Positions 59,515 through 64,000 of a stretch of 64,000 nucleotides of DNA are shown piece by piece. Source of the stretch: the human T2T-CHM13v2.0 reference genome, Homo sapiens. The notes under the pieces are model-generated. The model made no database searches, was not told the DNA's origin, and saw only the letters and a list, made by a program, of their open reading frames with translations. The position numbers were made by a program, and so were the translations under genes. The stretch lies in NCBI RefSeq assembly GCF_009914755.1, contig NC_060935.1; one strand, written 5' to 3'. Position 1 is the first letter of the stretch. Every line of letters starts with the position of its first letter.

Positions 59515-60070
59515 TCATGAAAGTTGTCTCATTTAGAACGTTTTTAGCCGCAAGTAACAACAACAAAATCCAGCTCACAATGGCTTATGGGAGTTAGCAT
59601 CTCACATGAACAGGAGTCTAAAAGTAGAGTGCTTCTACAATTGATTATTTCAGTGGCCCACTCAACAATATCATCAATACTATGATTCTGCTCATCTTTC
59701 CATTTTGCCATTATCAGTGATTTTCATCATGCTTTCCACCCCTCATGGTTGCAAAATGGTTACTTTCATTTTAGGCATTAACGACAAGTCAGAGAACATC
59801 TTGCAGTAGAAAAAGTGTATTCTCTTAAAAAAAGGTTAACAAAAGCTTTTCCAGAAGCTTCCCAACACACATTCCCTAATAATTCATTGGCCATAACTGG
59901 GTCACATACCCTCTCCTAAGCCAGTCATTGGCAGGGGAAGTACATTGGATCTTTACAGGTGATTAAAGTGAGGACTTATCTGACTCACAGTCATGAGAGG
60001 TGGACCCTATGACACATTTAGGGTTTTTCCAACATGGAAGAAGGGAGGAAATCCATACCAACAGTATATA
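59515..60070 (-). mobile_element. MLT1-type MaLR LTR remnant
   Basis: gcaagtaacaa...tggctta; ctcatggttgcaaaatgg; cattggccataactgggtcacat. Confidence 0.65.
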
Positions 60071-60319
60071 CTACAAGATACATAAATGAGGAGAGATTAC
60101 AATCTCTTACAGTAATACCTTTCTATTATTAAAACATATTGAAAAAGGAAATAAATGTACATATATACATTTGTTTTGGGAAGGAGTGTACATAAAACAT
60201 GCATCTCTTCTCAAAGCAGTTGGACTGAAAATGTATAAGATACTGTTTTCATCATGTAGGTCTGGTTCTCTTTTAACCACTTCTCTTTCAGTGGTTAGAG
60301 TGGGTTCTGAGGCCTTACC

Positions 60320-60545
60320 ATGATCTAGATATTGTTCTAAGTACTTTTTATTTATTGATTAATTGAATCCTGGACATAATATAATGAGGTAGGTTCTCTT
60401 ACTATTGCCATTTTATACATAAGGAACCTGAGATAGCAAGAGGGTAAATAGCTTGGCTAAAGTCACACAGGAGGTAAATGGCAGAGCCAGTACTCAAACT
60501 CAGATCATCTGTCTCCAAAGTCTCTTAAATGTTGCATTACACTAC
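60320..60545 (-). mobile_element. MIR
   Basis: atgaggtagg...ccattttatacataaggaacctgag...aaagtcacacag. Confidence 0.8.
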
Positions 60546-62672
60546 CTTGAAGAGATTGTGGATGCTGCAGAACAGTATGGATTGTTATGATATATATTCC
60601 TTTCCTTCAAAAACTTCAGAAGTTAATCTTTATATCCCCTCAAATTTAGGAAACCATTCAAAATCATTTTACCTATGTAAAATATGCAAGCACAATCTGG
60701 TTATTTGGTAAAACATCTCAAAATAAAAACTAGAAATATTTGTTGAATGAAAAACAAAAGAATGTAAGAATTGCTATGAATTTTCTAATATTAATAGATA
60801 ATTTTCTATATCAGAAATCTTTGTAATAGATTAAGCTGACCAATGTGAAAATCATGGTTCAAATACTATTAAGAAAGAGATTTGTGTAAATATAAACTTT
60901 TAGGCTAGCCCATGAATGTTAGAAATATTTCTCTTGAGTACTTTTCAGACCAAGAAACTATCTGGAAGAGTGATTAGTATTTTCTTAGACAACATGAGAA
61001 ACTGAGTTGAGCAATTTCGTAGGAGGTGGATTATCAGTTTGAAAAGGAATGTACAAGTACCCAGTTACAATTTTGGCTGCTTGGACACGTGCCTGGCGTA
61101 TGTACCTAAATCTGTTCAGGGTCAAGAATTGAAGAGGCCTGACCAATACATAGCCCATCTTGTAAAACTACTGCCTGAAGCAAACACTTTAAAAAAGGCA
61201 TGACACTTTCTAAAGGTTATAAAGAGTAAATAAACCATCAAATTACTCCTCTTTTATTGTTTTTGTAAAAACACTTATATCCTTGTAGTCCTAAGGCATC
61301 TAATAAAAAATAAACACTTTTATTAAGATTCTGTATTCTAGGTACTTTATTGAAGTTAGAGACAACATTTTTTATTAAATTTAATATTTTTTCTCATTGA
61401 CATTTAATAAGAATTTTTATAACTTTTAAAAGCTGCTTAAAGACAGATGGAAGAAAAAATTAAAGTTCTAATAAAAAGTTTAATAATTTATAATAGAAAG
61501 CATAAAGTTAATAAAATCCTACTCTAGTACAAATATATTCTAATGCTATTTTTCTGCAATGTGGCTAACACCCATTTTATCAGTTTTCCATGGGGTATAA
61601 AGATATACATTCTACAAATCATAATAATCAGAAAGGGGTATGATTCTATCCATACCATTTTTAATTTTATGGGGTATTGAAATGCTGCTTAATGTTATTT
61701 ACCACATATTATACCATTAATTACCCAGTTTTCCCTCATACTTTTCTTATTTTAAACCACCCAAAACTCCACTGACTTTTATTTACTGCTAATTTAGAAT
61801 TCAAAAATTTATTCTTTAGATAGTTAACAAATTTAATGTGCCCTTTCTGAACTACCCTAATACTTTGCTCATGATTCTATTATGATACATAATACATACT
61901 ACGTGATAGTATAGTTATTAATTTGCATGGCATGTGATGCCCATTAAATTTTCAATTCTCTTAAGGCATAGATTGAGAAATGGTTTATAAAAGGTTATCG
62001 AATTAATGCATAATTTAAAAGCCTAAAAGATTTGTGGTAGAGATCTTTAATCCCCATTGTAGAGATGATTTGGCTCAGAAATATATTTTGTTTTAAAACT
62101 TTCAACTTACTTCCGATTTTTTAGAATTCAATAGATTTCATGTTGAAATCTGTATTTCTAGTTTTTCTTCAATAATTGAAAAAGATGGATAGCACAGAGC
62201 TTATTTTTCTACATGCCAATAATTACTTGGAGCTGAATGGCAGATGTAGGTTGAACTGAAGATATATGCTTTCCAGGTCAACATAATTCCTACCCTACTC
62301 ACATCACATGCGAACTGCCTGAATTCTGAAGGAAGGTGTCTGTGACTTGTTACTCCTGTGCTATTACTGTGCATCCCCACTCCTTATCAGTAATTCTATC
62401 TATGTGTTAAGGACATGTATCAAAAACGATGTCTAACTTCTAAAATGCAGACATTGTGGATTCAATATAAACTATTTTGTTGATTCGGACTGTTAATTTG
62501 TAAATCATTATAAATTTTAAACATTCAATTTTTTTCAAATATTATCATTACCATTTTAGGCTCATACAGAAAAAAATGAATAATATCCCCTTACTTTTAT
62601 TAATTACTATACAGTTAAGTAGTGAAATATAGTTTAGTGAAGTAAGAAGATGTCTTTTTTTTTTTAACTTTA

Positions 62673-63008
62673 TAGTAATCCCCCCTTATCCATGGGTTCA
62701 CTTTCTGAGGTTTCAGTTACCCGCAGTCAACCATTGTCCAAAAATAGGTTAATATAATACAATAAGATATTTTGGCAGAAAGTGAGACCATATTTCCATA
62801 ATTTTTATTATAGTATATTGCTATAATTGTTCTATTTTTAGCTGTTGTTAACTTCTTATATACGTAATTTATAAACTAAACTTCATTACAGGTATGTACA
62901 TGTCGGGAAAAACAGTACATATTGCACAGGGTTTGATACTATCTGAGGTTTCAGGCATCTGCTGCAGGTCCTGGAACTTATCCCCCACAAAATAAGGAGA
63001 GACTACTA
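62673..63008. mobile_element. MER44A-type MITE (Tigger7 derivative)
   Basis: TIRs tagtaatcccccc-ttatc...ataaggagagactacta, flanking TA, 336 bp. Confidence 0.85.
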
Positions 63009-63299
63009 TATCTTGTTGTCCTACCTACTAGCTTATAAAACACTTACTGTGTTTTGCTCATTACAACTAAAGACATTTTGCTATCTAACCCTTTACAATA
63101 TAGCTCAATTTTACGTTAACTTTATTCATTTCAGCTAACTTATTATACATGTTAATGGAAGAGCACTGGAGAAGGAATGGGGAGATGTGAGTATGAGTTT
63201 CTGGGTTTTAGGTTGGTCTAGAAGGTTGGTCTATAATTAGGTCACTTTCATCTCTAAATTTCTACAATTTCATGATCCTGCAAAAAGACTGATGATGTA

Positions 63300-64000
63300 G
63301 AATACATCTCCAAGATCATACAGAGAAGAGAACCTTAAAGAAGTGATCCTGATAATCAGCATCTGATAGTTCACTAGAGGCTGAGAAACAGGCAGATCCA
63401 CCAGCAGTCTTATGAGGATAGGCTTAGTGTTCAGGGCCCGCCAAGGAGGAGGGACTCTGGCAAATATCCTAGAATTTTAGTTGGAACCCCAAAGAGCTAC
63501 ACTTTTAGAGTACAAAGTGGAAATAAATTACTCCTCACAAAGACGAAAACAGCTTCCAGGCAGCTCAATCTCTGACTAGTAACATAATCTGCCCAACTCC
63601 AACTTCCAGAAGCAAAAGTAAATCTCTCTAAAGAAAGTTAATACCACCCAAAGCCTCAAATTTCCTTTACAACTTTTCATGCACAAAGTCAGTCACTGAA
63701 TCAAAATTTACTCTACTTCACTGGAGATAGGGTCAAATGACCAAAAACTAAGAGAAAAAGAGAGACAATAGAAATGGATCTACAAGAAGTCCAGATATTG
63801 GATTTATTGACATAGACTTTAAAATATATGTGATTAACATGCTCAAGGAAATATAAAACAAAATGAATTTCCACAGAGGACTGAAAATTATAAAAGACAA
63901 ACCATATGGAAATATTAGAACTGAAAAATATAATAAATCAAATTAAGAACTCAATAGATTGAGTTTATCAGCAGATTAGACAACTTGAAGAGAGGATTAT
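63300..64000 (+). mobile_element. Old L1M 5'/ORF1 remnant, continues beyond the window
   Basis: ttagaactgaaaaatataataaatcaaattaagaactcaatagattgagttt...agcagattagac...gaagagaggat. Confidence 0.6.

Noticed and set aside
62105-62200. Minus-strand GAA|gtaagt donor as a further CCDC73 exon
   Set aside because: The upstream frames I read contain stops, there is no match to the recalled N-terminus, and I saw no convincing acceptor.

Overview
This is a primate, most likely human, repeat-dense genomic window lying entirely inside one minus-strand gene. I read seven GT-AG coding exons by hand (72, 72, 36, 75, 39, 136 and 80 nt). They splice into one open frame, [105 protein letters not shown]...[33 protein letters not shown], which I recognise from memory as the N-terminal coiled coil of CCDC73. 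The supplied ORF track misses all seven exons; its ORFs come mostly from LINE-1, Alu and LTR sequence. The introns hold about 24 Alus, several LINE-1s (one with an intact 5' end and open ORF0, one internally deleted, one twin-primed 5'-inverted), MaLR and MER52 solo LTRs, DNA-transposon MITEs, and a heavily decayed ancient ERV1-class provirus. I found no convincing new multi-gene biological system. The most interesting signals are local events that rewired splice sites: a THE1D LTR whose 5-bp target-site duplication is the splice donor itself, a 79-bp tandem duplication of a splice acceptor next to an L1 insertion, and two cases of three-copy target-site reuse. Repeat subfamily names come from recalled consensus sequences, not from a search. 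Boundaries of old repeats are approximate.
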